A DNA stretch of 64,000 nucleotides from Guillardia theta CCMP2712 (Eukaryota > Protista > Cryptophyta), in contig NW_005434631.1 of assembly GCF_000315625.1 (NCBI RefSeq), positions 314,169 through 378,168 of the forward strand, written 5' to 3'. Under the pieces are notes generated by a model that made no database searches, was not told the DNA's origin, and saw nothing but the letters and a program-made list of their open reading frames with translations. The stretch's first letter is position 1; every line of letters starts with the position of its first letter. The translations under genes and the position numbers were made by a program. Shown here piece after piece: positions 45,751-58,699 of the stretch.

Positions 45751-48717
45751 ATGCCTTCGCGTGGAGCTCTGGCGCTGCGGACAGCTGCTGTGTTGCTCTT
45801 GGCTCTGCAGACCGCGCACTCCAGACCTCTGGTGAGGAACGTGAAGGACCACAACGAGTACAAGAAGCTCTTGAAACATCACGCGGAGGTCACTGGCCTC
45901 CCTGTGATTGTCGACTTCTACAGTGATGGTTGTGGACCCTGCCGGATGGTAGCGCCGGTCTTCAAGCAGATGGCGGAGCAGTACAAGGACAAGGCGGTGT
46001 TCGCTAAGGTCGACATCAACAGGAACTACCAGACGGCCTCTGCAGAGCAGATCCGGAGCATGCCGACCTTCAAGCTCTTCCTCTTCGGGAAGAAGCGCGA
46101 CGAGTTTTCCGGAGCGGACACGCAGAGGTTGAACACCATGACGCAGCAGCTGATCCGTGAGTCCGAAGCTAAGAACATCGAGGTCACGTTCGAGGCGCTC
46201 AAGTCCTTCTACCAGGAGCATGCGCCCGAGAAGATGATGGAGATGGACGACAAGAAGCTCCAGGACATCCTGGACAAGGCCGGCAAGGGAGGAGGGCCAG
46301 GGCATTACGGTCTTGTCAAGGCTCTCAAGCAAAAGTACAAGGGGAAGGCCCCCAAGACTCGTCCTCGAGCCGTCCCCAAGCAAGAGACGGCCGCGGAGAA
46401 GCCTGCGAGCCCTCCGTCTCCCCGAGGAGGAGCGAGCAAGCAAGAGGCCAACAAGCCCAATCTTCACCTAGCCACGGTGGAGCAGCTTGAGAAGGAGTTG
46501 TCTAAGAGGAGAGAGGAGGAGGCAGCGAAGAAAGCTGAGGCAGAGGAGGACGATGACGACACTCCTTCCTTCCCTATCTACGACCGCAAGAACAGAAGCG
46601 ACGTTGAGAACGTCGTCATCATCGGCTCAGGACCAGCGGGTCTGTCTGCTGCCATCTACGCGTCACGAGCAGGCCTAAAGGTGCTCCCGCCCTCCTCTGC
46701 TGCTCTTGTTCAGCACTCCTTCCCTCCCCTTCTCCCTCCCTCCCCTTCTCCCATCTCCCCTCCCTCCCTTTCGTCGTCATACTCCACCTCCCCTTCCCTC
46801 TCCTTCCCATCCCCCTTCCAATCTAAAACCTCATCTTTACCCCCTCCCCCTCCTTCCCTCCTTCTCTGCTGTGTTGACAGCTGACCAAGAGTGGCAGCCT
46901 GTGCTCGTGGCTCCTCCGATGGGCGGGCAGCTGCAAGGGAAGGGAGTCGGAGTTGAGAACTACCCCGGAGTCAACGACACGACTGGACCGAACCTAGTGC
47001 ACGGCATGCAGGAGCAGGCAGCTCACTTCGGGACGGTCTTCCTGCAGGAGCTGGTGGTATCCGTCGACCTCTCCTCCCGTCCATTCCGCGTGCGGACCAA
47101 CGAGACTGAAGTGAAGGCAAACGCGATGATCATGGCGACTGGCGCCGACTCGAGGTGGCTTGGGGTGCCAGGGGAGTACGAGCACAGGGGAGGAGGAGTG
47201 TCTTCATGCGCCACGTGCGATGGCTTCTTGTTCGCAGATCAGGATGTAGTGGTAATCGGTGGAGGCGATACCGCCATGGAGGACGCGCTGGTGCTCGCAA
47301 GGACCTCGAAGACTGTCACTGTCATCCATCGCCGAGACAAGTTCCGAGCATCCAAGGTCAAGATGTCTTCCCTTTCCCCCTCCCTCCCTCCCCTCCCTCC
47401 CCTCCCTTCCCTCTCCCTCTCCCTCGTTTCCTCCCCTTCTCACCGTAGTTGTTGCGTCCTGACGTCACCGGCTAGGTGCTTGCCGAGCGGGTGTTGTCGC
47501 ATGAAAAGATCAAGGTAATGAGGATTGAGAGGTGAAAGAGGAGAAGGATGACAAGTGTTTCAGGTTGTGTGGGACACCGAAGTCATCGAATTCATCGGCA
47601 AGAGAGTTCGCGTGATGCCCAACGGCCTGACAGTGAGGAATTTCGAGGGCTGCGATCGTGATTGACCTGCAAATTCAGGTCGAGATCGGCGAAGACGGAA
47701 ACCCAGTGTTGGAGGTAACGAACATCTTACTCTCCTCTCCTCTCCTCCCCTCGCATGTCATGCTCTACTCTACTCTACTCTACTCTACTCTACTCTACTC
47801 TGCTCTACTCTGCTCTACTCGCTTCTTCAGTCCCTCTTCTCCCCTGCTATCGTTTCCTCTCTTTCTGTTCAGGAATGTTGAACTCAATGTGGCTATCTAA
47901 CGCTTGTCAACTAAGGACTTCTCGAAGCTCCGGGTGAAAGAAGTTCAGAAGCGACTGGACGCTGCAGGTTTCGAGTGCTGAGCGTGAGGAGGAGGAGGGT
48001 GAGGCTTATGCAGGGATCAGCTACGCGGGCGTCAAGGACAAGGAGGCGCTCGTGAAGATTCTCACTGATGCCTACAAGGATGCAGCCAAAGGTGAGGGGG
48101 AGGAGGGAGGTGACAATGGGAGGAAATGACGGACCTTCAGCGGGCAACGGGGAGGACGATGCAGTTGTGACGGTAGAGGAGAAGTCGATCTTGTCCAAGG
48201 TGAAGAAATGGGAAGTGGAAGCTTCGCGATTGACAAGCGAGCAGATCAAGATGAAGAACAAGAAGACTGGAGAAGAGTCCCTGTTCCCTTGCACTGCTGC
48301 CTTTGTGGCCATTGGACACGATCCAAACACCAAGTTTGTTCAAGGGCAGGTGAGGAGGAGGAGGAGGAGGAGGAGGAGGAGGAGTGTTTGGGCATCTAAG
48401 GCTGCTATCAGGTTGACATGGACTCCAACGGTTACATCAAAGTGGTTGCGGGCAGCACGCGGACGAGCGTGGAGGGCTTGTTTGCAGCTGGGGATGTAGC
48501 TGACCACGTCTATCGTCAGGTACCTCGAGCAGACTCTCTACTTGTCCCGCTGACTTGAGATGCAGGCTGTGACGTCAGCAGGAACAGGAGCCATGGCCGG
48601 TAAGACTCCTGCCCCCCCCCCCCCCCCCGTGCTTGTCTTACCCTCCATGCAGCGCTGGACGCCGAGCGGTGGCTGAGCGAGCAAGGATTCTGCAGTGCAG
48701 CAGCAGCAGCAGCATGA
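45751..48717 (+). CDS. Signal peptide + thioredoxin + low-molecular-weight NADPH thioredoxin reductase fusion, multi-exon
   Basis: Hydrophobic leader. Trx [10 protein letters not shown]...FAKVDI...IRSMPTF. Trx[93 protein letters not shown]. Confidence 0.9.
47763..47820. repeat. (CTCTA)n pentanucleotide repeat in a TrxR intron
   Basis: About 11 units with two CTCTG variants. Confidence 0.9.
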
Positions 48718-48816
48718 TGGAAGCGAGGGAGGGATGGGGAGAAGAAGGACTGGATGTTGTAAAGGCGATCATTAACAACGTAACCCCCAGCCCCCTTCCC
48801 TCTCGCCCCTACACCT

Positions 48817-51800
48817 TCACGTCCCCCACGCTGACATGCCAACCTTGCGACGAGGTCCTGCCGTCTCCCACTGCTCCTCCGGGTTTGACGACCAGCTTGA
48901 CGTTGTCGCGTGCGGGTCTCCCCAGCCACTCACGTCGCCCCCCCACGCCCCCCCGACCCCCAGCTGCTCCCCACTTGCCATGCCCTCGCGACTACTCGCG
49001 CTGATCGCAGGCTTCCTCGCCCCCCACGCGTTGCGCACATGCGGCTCGGGCTTCGGGTCAGCGGATCCTCGGAGGTGCGAGGGCAGGTGATCCATCAGGG
49101 TCGTCTTGGGGGCCAAGCGCTGATCCTCAGACGCGCTCAAGCCGGGGGGCTGCGAGGAGAGAGGCTGCTCTCCTCTCCTCTCGACCTCCCCAGCGCTTCC
49201 TGCCGCCTGCATTCTCTTTCTCTGAGCCTCTCGGATGTAGAAGGCGTGAGAAGCCTCATACTGCTCCTGGCGGAAGAGCTGCCGAGCCAGCTCCTCGTCC
49301 TTTCTCTCCTGCTCGAGACGCGCTAGCCTCTCTCGCTCCTCCTGGCTCATACCAGACAAGGCAGCAGCCGGGGGGTATGCCTCACGTGACAGCTCCGGGT
49401 CACGAGAATCGCTCGCCCAGTAGTTGTTTGCTGTCACTCTCGCCATGTTCCATGGGTTGGTGGGAGGAGGAGGCGGCGGGGGGGTCGCACGAGCCTCTTG
49501 AGTGGGCCAACTGCTCCGTCCAGGTTCGGCCCCTTGTTGCTTCATCTGATCTTCATACTGCTGCATCAGATCCGACGCGTTGATCCTCAAGGGGCCTGTG
49601 GACGCGACAGTGTTTCCTTGCAGAGCCGTTCGCGCGGCGTCGGCATCCTCGTAGCGAACAAAGTTGACGAAGGCGCTTGAAGAGTCAGGCAGGATGTTGA
49701 TCGGGGGCACACCATGAGTCCTGTTGTTACACAGCTCCCCGAAGCGTTCGAAAGCAGCTTTGAATTCAACCTGATCCACAACTTCAATGTGAACATTCCC
49801 AACCCACAGGCCGAAGAAGTGGAATCGACTCTTGTTCCAGGGAAGCTTGCTGGGCGGCAGCTCGCTGCGTAGAGGAATGGGGACGGGAGGGAAGGCATTT
49901 TTTTGAGCGTCCCCTTTCGACCTGCCTTTCTTCTTCTTGGTACCCACTGCCTCCCAGTCATCGTCATCTTGAGAAAGGCCTTTGATCGAACCTCCCCTCG
50001 AGCTCGTTTGCGAGTCATCTTCACTCTGCTTGTCATCCTCGTAACTCCTGGAGGATTGAGCTCCAATGTTTGTTTCCATCGGCGGCGCGTACTGCGGAAC
50101 ATGTTGCGGAGCCGCTTGAGACAGCAACGATTCTTCATCACCATCCTGCACCTCCCTGAGGAAACAGTTCACAACGACACCGTTCTTGATTTTCTTTCTG
50201 TCGAGAGTGTCATTCAGCTCTATCATCTGGCCCTGGAACACCAGCCTCTGTGCAGCAACTGGGATCCCTGTCAACTCTTTGATCTTCATTCGAAATTGCT
50301 TCCCCGTGTCTTGCGGGCTCAGTCCCACAACCACCTCCCGGTCATCTGTGAATTTCACTTTCACCTGCACCACACTCGGCTTCTCCGCCTTTGGAGGGGA
50401 GGTCGAATTCGGATCTCCTTGCTGTGCCTGCCCAGGGACCTTCGCGGCGGAGGTGATCGGGAAGTCAGAAGAGTTGGCGGCATACGGGGGGTTCATCGAT
50501 GAAGCCGTCGGGACCTTGAAGGCGGAATTCCAAGAAGACCCTTGCCCTTCGCTTTGGGCCTGCATGTTCCAACTGTCTGCGCCAATGTTTCCCCACACCG
50601 AGTTGTTGCCCTGTCTGCTGAACACCTGGTCACTGCTGATGCCTCCCAGCCCGCCTCCCCACAGTGCGCCAGGGTCACCACTCGCGAAGCCTCCCTGAAA
50701 CCCTGAGTTTGAGCCCCAGATGTCTTGAGGTTGCCCGTTGCCCCACATGTTGCCTTGGGCCGCTCCAACATTTCCGCCCTGATTGGGTTGAGGGTAATTG
50801 TTGACTGGCTGAGCTGACGCTTGGACCGAATTGGAGTTGCTGCCCCATGCTGACTTCGTCTGGCTGATGGATGGAAGTGACGCCCCGGTCGCTGGCAGAA
50901 CGAATTCCTTGACCGGTGCTCGACAATGAGGACAGAGGACGCCTTCTGTTGCCTGGAAAACTGCCCGTTTCTTCAAGTTGGTAATGCATTCTGTGCAGAA
51001 CTGATGGCCACATGGTTTTAAACAGGCATTGGCAAGGTCCTCGTAACAGATTGTACACACGTTATCCTCATCACCTTCGAAATCAAGGTTGAGCATGGAT
51101 TCAAGGTCTCTCGAGACTATAGTATCCATCGTGGTCGCTCCTGTATCCCAATTTGAAGGCACGGTTGCCGTATCCATGGCACTTGCTTCAGCAGTACTAG
51201 CCTGGCTTGCTCCCATTGGATCAAACATGTCACCCAAATTGCTGATCGCGTTCCAAGAATTATCAGCATCTGCCTGTTTCCATTGATCCACAAGGTCTGA
51301 ATCCTCTCTTCTCATTCCTTCACGCCCAGGAACGCTAGCAAATGCTGGCTTAATGTTGTTTGGTGGACCGCTTCCCCAAGCAGATACCGCTGGAGCAGGC
51401 GGCTCCATATTCCTGGAGTAGCTCTGACCAGCTGAAGTTCCCAGAGTAGCAGCGATCCTCTTGTCCAGTTCAAGCTCTCCACGAGGCTGCATACAAGGCT
51501 TTGCTTCCATCCGAACGTTTCCAATGTATGTATGGTGCTGACTCAGCAGAGTGTCTGCAGCCTTCTTCTCATGGAAGGTAACGAACGCAAATCCTCTGTA
51601 TGAACCGTCACGCTCTTTGAGAACCTCGACGTCAGCTACAGCTCCAAACTAACGTAAAACATCAGAAAATTGAACAGGGCGTCTTTACATGTACCTGGGA
51701 AAAATGTGCTCTAAGCTCGTCATGGTCTTTGTCTGCAGTCCCACCAATGAAAACTTTTCTTCCGCCAAATGGGGCCTTGCCATTGTCCACTGGAGCATGC

Positions 51801-54236
51801 CTCGGCGAATACTGGTTGTCAAAAGCACCAAATTCTTCACGATTGGTTGATTTCTTGCTGCCTTTCTTTTTGGTTTTAACTTCCTCAAAACCTTCTAGAT
51901 CTTGTTTAGAGGGCTGCAAACACACGTCAACAAACAAAGTAATTAAATCAAGCACAGATTTACAATGTCGAATGAAGGTAATTGCCTCTCATGGATGGCT
52001 TTGTTGTTAAATTCGTATTTCAATGGTCCAAACGCATTAATCAGACGAAAATCATCCTCTTGAGAATCGTTGTCATCGGAATCATTGTCTGAACCATCCT
52101 CGGGTTCGACTTTGCTCGTCACAACACTCGGGGGTTTCTGACTGACTGATTTTCCTTTCTGATTGTGGATAGCGGTGCCCTTCGTCTGTTCGGGAGCGAT
52201 CTTCTTCTTTGCTTCAGGCTCTTGTTTCACCTTGACTTTCTTGACATTTTCATCGATTTCTTTTTCTTTCTTGATGGTCTCTGCCTTTGCCTTCGCTTTC
52301 TGTATAGAGTCAACCAACTGTGGCAACAATAATCAGTACAGCAAGAATACAACAAACAAATCTGACCTGCAACGCCTTCCGAGGTAGATATCCACATCTG
52401 TCCAACGCCTCTGCGGCTTCAAGAAGCCCCACACCACCCCTTTTCATCACCGCATCGACTTCCTCGTCAGTGACTATGGCGACAAGTTCTTCAGTGTCTG
52501 CGGACATTCCAAGATCGGAAGGTGTTTGCTCTGGTTCCACCACCTGATGAACATTATATCAGACTTCACATCAACTATTTGAAAGGGAAGCTGACCTTGA
52601 TTTTACCATTCTTCTTCTCCATGTACTCGAATCTTACTTTTTCTATTCGTAAATGTTGCTTTAAACAATATGAATCCATTAATTTTTGCATCGCTGTGCT
52701 TGGTTTGACTTTGAAGCTTACATCACGGCATTTTTCAAGTTTTACACTGATTGTTATGTTTTCTGTAGCAACTGCGCCTTCTTTCACCTGTAAATTCATC
52801 ATCAGAGGTCCAGAGACACTTGGCAGCACCATTACCTCAACAGTCAAATACACTAAGCCATCGTCGATCGCTGCAGAAGGAACACATTCACGCCAACCCC
52901 TGTTATCAGAATCCTTTTTGAAAGTGAACGTGGCCTCTTTTCTACAAATAGCTGCTGCTTTCTGATCTGGAGTCTTTCTTAGTGTGAAAGTAAATGTGAC
53001 CTGAGTATAGTCAAACCTCTTATATGTCTGCGTCAAAATGCTTCTATATACCTGCATTTCAAAGCCAGGATCCGCATGAAGAGCATGTCCAGCATCTAAA
53101 TACGCTGCCATGAATCCTGCTTCGGAACCTTGCGTCTTTGCCTTGTAGAATCTAACACTCCAAGGCACACCACCAGCATAAAATGGTGGACTGCGAAGCT
53201 GATGTTCGTCTGAGGTGTTCTGTGGGTTGGCAAGTGCCAGACAGCATACTCCGTCCGCAACATGTTCTTCAATATCGCACCAGGCCCAAACCCTTTCTTG
53301 CTGCACCACATCGAGGCCTGCAAGTTGAGCTGGTAGCGACTTTCGTAAACGCTCTAAATAAAGTGTTGCCGCTTCGCACTTTCTATGCAACATTTCGATT
53401 CTATGAACAAGATCATCGTACCTGGAGATATCCATATGGGTCAAAAGAAATTAAGGAAGTGTGCGAAACTTACAAAGGCTGGCATCTGCCAACGTCTAAT
53501 GATGCATCCAACTTTTCAAGGACGTCACGTGGGGTTCCAGTCATAAGCTTGTCCGCAACTTCACAGCGCTTCTTGATAACTTCCTCATTTTCTCCTTCAA
53601 CATTCATTTGTGACGTAAGCTTCAATAACGAAGTGGCTTGCATATAGGTAGGATGGGTATGTGCTCTGAGTGCTATAAACTCATCTCTGACTTTTCTTGA
53701 CGCAAATGGCTTCCAAATATTGAGGACCTGGTCTTCTTCTGTCTTGAATGCCCTGTGTATTTGTAGGAGCCTCTTGAAGGCATTCTTGACCGATTGGAGA
53801 GTGGTAGGATCTGCAGTACAATCCGCAATCAAAGCATGCAGCAAATCTTGAGTTGACGTGATGGGGGTTTTCACTTGTGACTTTTCAAAAACTTTCACGG
53901 GGACACTTCGTTCACTGTTACTTTCAGACTTCACGGGTTTGTTTTCCTTTTCCGGTCGCTTCCTTTTATCTCTTTGTCGTATATGCTGAGCTGATACTTT
54001 TGCCTTGTTACACCGTGGACAAGGATAACCCTTGTACTGTCCCTTTGCAATCCCTACAGTAATGTCAATACGCAAGTTGCGATCCACAGCAAACACTGAC
54101 CTTGTTGCCGACAATACTTCTCTTTGCAATGCACATGTAGTGAGACCGGTCCACAAGCACCACAGTCGGCTTCAATGAGATCTTCCTCACAAATATCACA
54201 CGGATTCTTGCAGATGGGACAAGGTTGTAGAGCCAT
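48817..54236 (-). CDS. Multi-domain putative RNA-binding E3 ligase: PHD-like zinc finger, MATH, SUMO-like, UBA-like, RRM, RING, ubiquitin-like, RRM
   Basis: ORFs join through short GT-AG introns. PHD CDIC..CGAC..HVHC..CPRC; MATH SPPFYAGGVPWSVRFY..GFMAAYL..NRGW; SUMO-like FKVKPSTAMQKLMDSYC; RRM KVFIGG..RGFAFVTF; RING CTICYE...CGHQFCTEC...CPHCR; Ubl ELTGIPVAAQRLVFQG; RRM LWVGNV..AFVNF. Confidence 0.78.
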
Positions 54237-56511
54237 TAGTGCCAACTGTGTATTGAAATAGAGTCAATGTATGAACAATAAGTAAACACAATCCTGTCAT
54301 CAGAAAAGATGGAGCAAGTCGAAGATGGAAAAGAGGGTGCGGTGGCAAATCAAATGGAGCCAAGATGACGTTAGATCGCACGACATTTTTCCTCGCTAGA
54401 GAATGCTCACACCGATATCAAGGCTGTTCAATCTCAAAACTCAAACAAATACAATGTTGAGTTGTATCAAATGACACGTGGAAACAAAATACAAAATCAT
54501 TTCTCCAATGAACAAATATCGAGTACCAGTAAATCCTCTGATGCCAAATCCACTAATTCGTCTACGCATTCTATCTAGGTCATCCCCTAAGTCAAGACGC
54601 CTCCAAAAAACAAGGATGTGCTAATGCCCAAGGTTTAACCCAAAACAAGATTATACTCCATTTGACACGTCAGCCCCCCATGAGTTTGCATCGTTCAACG
54701 ATGCGCTTTCCATCATCTTCATTATGCTTGACCCATTTCCATTTCCCTGATTCTCGATTTCTAATGGAAAGATTATCCTCCACCTACAGCTCCTTGTTCA
54801 TCCTCATTTCCAAATAGTTCGCATCCCCCCCTAGCATCTCAACACGCATGTCGCAAGAGGAACCTTCTCAGCTCGATCTACCAGCCATGGTTATATCTCA
54901 GTCCTCCTTCTTCTTCCGACCTAACCTCCTCATCCGCCTCCGCCATTCCCGCCCACAGCACGCCCGCTCTCTTGGCGGCTGACCTTCAGCTTCCCGAGGA
55001 GGGTGTTTGACCAATACCCTTGGACCCACCCCCTCCCTCCTCTTAATCCTGTAATGATCTTGTTAATCCATCCAACAACAACCTTGAGGCACTGTGAACA
55101 CCAAAATCCGGGTAATTAGGGGGTACAGGGGTGGTATTAATCTATGATTTCTGGCTCTTGTTTTGTGTTTATGATTTGTTTACCCCACCCACCCCTGTAT
55201 AACAACACTATAGATAACCCCACCGATTATTGAACTACTTGGACACGCTCTTGCAAACTACCCCTACCATGATGGATCTAATCGTATCAGGGGGTAGACA
55301 TGGGAGAGACGGTTCGAAGTCTGAACAACTCCTCCTGGGGGGGTAGGGTACCCATGTGTCAAAAGGCTCTATCAAAGAGGGGTAGGGGTGACAAAGAGGG
55401 GGTAGATAGTCCCCTTACAAAGGAGATTTTAACGAGGGGTCCAATATGAACTTGAGGGTTACAATAGACTGGGGTCATATGAAAGCAGGGGTACGAAGAT
55501 AGGTGGGGTGGGGTGAAACAGACTTTGATGGGGTAGTACCCCTGACCCCGAAACTTTCAAAACAGACATATACTTGAGTAAACATTTGACTAATTCATTC
55601 CTACCTGGTTGAAAACTGCCAAAATGACAAAAAATTCAAATATTTCATTATAGTTTCAAAATATCGAACAATATTACACAGAGGCATCCCAACTCTAATC
55701 AAGTTGAGTGACATATTTAGTCTATCAGAAGTGAGCTCACACGTGCAAAGTCTGACGTTGAGTAAAAACTGTCAGTCTACCTACTAGCCTTATGAGCCTC
55801 TGGTTCACTCCGGCGAACCCCCGGGTGGGCCCGGTGGGCCCGGCACCCGGGGCGCGGGGACGCCGCCAGGGTGTGAGTGGACTCGGATGTACCCACCATA
55901 AGAACCTAGAGAGAATAATGGGTCAAAATGGGGGGTGGGTAAACAGCGGTAAGGTTTGTGGCTGCCGAATGGGCGGGAGCAGAGGAAGACGGGAGTGATC
56001 AGGGGAGATGTGCAAATGAGAGAAAATGTCGCAGAGCCAGAAGAAAAAATGAAGAAAGCAGCATAAAAGTATGCAGATCAGAACATGTGTGAACAGATCA
56101 AAATTGAAAATGTCGAGCATGTCCGACAGTGGAAGTCAAAATGGCACAGGGAATCTTGAAACCGGAATCGTAAGGATTCAGGGTAGACGAAGAAAAAGTG
56201 AGATTTGATATGATTTAGTAAGTTAGATGAAGAAGAGGTATGGTTTAGGAATAGACACAATCAATGAGAGAGAAGCGAAAGGCAATGAAGACCAAGTACA
56301 TGGCGCGTAGAGTCATTCGGAGATGTTGGATCAGTGAGCCAAAGAGGAAGGGGGGGGGATTTAGAAAAGGACTGTAGAGGTATTGGAGCTTTGAGTCTCA
56401 AAGCTCTTTGGTATTGCTTTGCAGCAGGGGTTCAGCAAGAATCGTAGATGACAACACTCCTTCTGTACCTCCCCCTGTATCCCAAAAGCTCACTTGCATT
56501 CTGAGCAGGCA

Positions 56512-57140
56512 ATGGCCAACTTTCTAGCCGATCTGCAGTCGTTTCTTCCTGTCCCTCCAGGTACGAGACTCCCAGGTCTTAGCAATCTTCTGACAGGATA
56601 AAAGGAACCTTCAGCGACCCTCCTCCAAAAAGGGACGAAGGTGAACAACTTTCGATTTTTTTGCATCTGAGGGGTCCATGGCATTCTGGTTCAGATCGAT
56701 ACAATGCTGCCGATCGAGCCAAGCAATCTGAAGAAATCAAAGGCGAAAATGTGCGAATGTTTGTGATTGTTTTTCTTGCTGTATTCAAATAATCAAGGCT
56801 CAATTGAGTGTCTCCGACATAATTTTGTTTCACATACACAGGGCGAAGACATGAACGAAGCAGAGCCAAAGACAGATGCGCCAGCTGAACCGGTATAGAC
56901 AAACTATTGATCGGAGATTTTGAGACTGCACTTCAAATGATCAAATTCAAGAACGAATTTTGTGAAGCGCTCTGAAACGTTTACTTAGCAACCTGTCAGA
57001 AGTCAGATGACGAAGCCACTAGCTCCTATCGAAGCTGGTGAAGAATTTGATCAAAGACATGAGGAAAATGTAAACATGAAGAATGTAGGTGTCGAGGAAT
57101 GTGATTTGTGCGGACGTTGGAAGAGTAAATGCCGGTGAGC
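56512..57140 (+). CDS. Possible small multi-exon hypothetical gene
   Basis: ATG at 56512 followed by a CAG|GTACGA donor and further short GT-AG-bounded segments. No family recognised. Confidence 0.2.
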
Positions 57141-57193
57141 ATGCACTTGGAATGGTTCACAGTTGCTCATTTATTTTAAGAATGTGTGCTGCT

Positions 57194-58537
57194 CTATTCT
57201 GTGAGCAATGCAGGTTTTCGAAGGAAGGAAGGAATTACATTGTAATTCTTATGAAACTTTTCCAGCATGCGTGAAGCTATTCGAATGTCGCACGTAAGGA
57301 GGGGAACAGTGATCTGCGGCCAGTGCACTGTATTTGAAACCGTTTGACATCGAAGATTATTGAATGTTTTCAAGGTGATGCTAGAGAAAGTTCCGACTGC
57401 ACGAATTGTGCCACCATCCATTCCAGACGTTAGTATTGGTAAGGAATCAAATTGCGATAAAGGAAGTCCTCGCTGATTCTCCTCAGGTCCCTCAATGGTC
57501 ACCGACAAGCGATGGAAGCATGACGTAAAACCATAGTACCTTCTCCAATTGCATCACTAACCTCTCTCCGACTGACAGATCCTTAAAAGCTCCCTCAAAA
57601 TGCCTTCACGTCCACCACCTGCTTTCATTTCTCTGGTTCCAAGGTCACAAGTTTGCTTTTTGAACTTGTTTTGGTAGTAATCGTTTGCTCCTGTGTACAG
57701 GAACAAGGAAAAGGAGTTTTCGCCTGAGGTGAATCTAATTCTTTTGCCTGATTTCCTTTTTGAAAATTCTCCAGGACCTCGACAATGATTTCAAGTACCA
57801 AAATCTGTTCGAGGTTGATTTTTTTCGCCTCACGACGATGAGATATAAGCGCTTGATCGTGTTTTGATATGGGTATACAAGGTTTTGTTCTCACCGGATC
57901 TCCACCTTCTATCGGCAATGTTTGAGGTGCTACATTTCTGCTTTGGCCATGTCCATTGTACATGCTTGACGACTGGAACAGGTGATGCCGGAAGATGAGG
58001 AGGGCGACGAGCTCTTGGCTGCCGTTCTCCGATTAGTGGATAGGTAACGAACGGCTTTACATAGTATTTCCCAATCATTCAATCCAGATCCGGAAGAACT
58101 GAACAGATCATGAAAGCTTGTGTGGAGATGGAGGTAACCTCAGGACACTTGTTACAGAAATCAAAAGGTTCAAACTTTTTGTAGGTGGCGAACACTTTAG
58201 ATGCTACGACCATGTTTAGAAGGAACAATATGTCATTGCGTATCTTGAAGATGCACATGTCCAAGGTTACAACAGCATCTGAGAAGCTAAATGATTGAAC
58301 TTCATATACAGATTGGAAATACTTTTCTCCAAGAATGCTTGCGGCCTCTCATTTCAAGGTTGGGTTGGTTTGATAATACGATGCATTGTATTTTGACTCC
58401 TTCTTGAAACAAAAGATTCCGAGATGAAGTCGAGAAAAGAAGACTTTCTGGTAAACTCGATTCTGGACCTGAAGTGTCTTCTGGACGATTTTAATTTGCT
58501 CACTATAACCCAGGTTGTAGCTTTGAGATTGATCCAT
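57194..58537 (-). CDS. Hypothetical multi-exon protein
   Basis: Chain of same-strand ORFs (58349-58537, 58079-58264, 57830-58078, 57625-57963, 57194-57508) separated by intron-like segments. No domain recognised. Confidence 0.35.
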
Positions 58538-58699
58538 CGTTATCTACACCGTCAGACAATCTTCAGGTATGCCTTTCAGGATTTCTGTTGAACAAGAATC
58601 CTTATCAGAGTATTCAGTACAATCTCAAGGATTTGACCTTCTACGCTGGATCTGTAGTGGAGGAAATCAAGAAGAGATCACCGCAAAATCTTGGAAAGA

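Noticed and set aside
48715-48762. TGA after the TrxR C-terminus as possible selenocysteine
   Set aside because: The enzyme is the low-MW CATC type, it has no GCUG motif, and no SECIS was identifiable.
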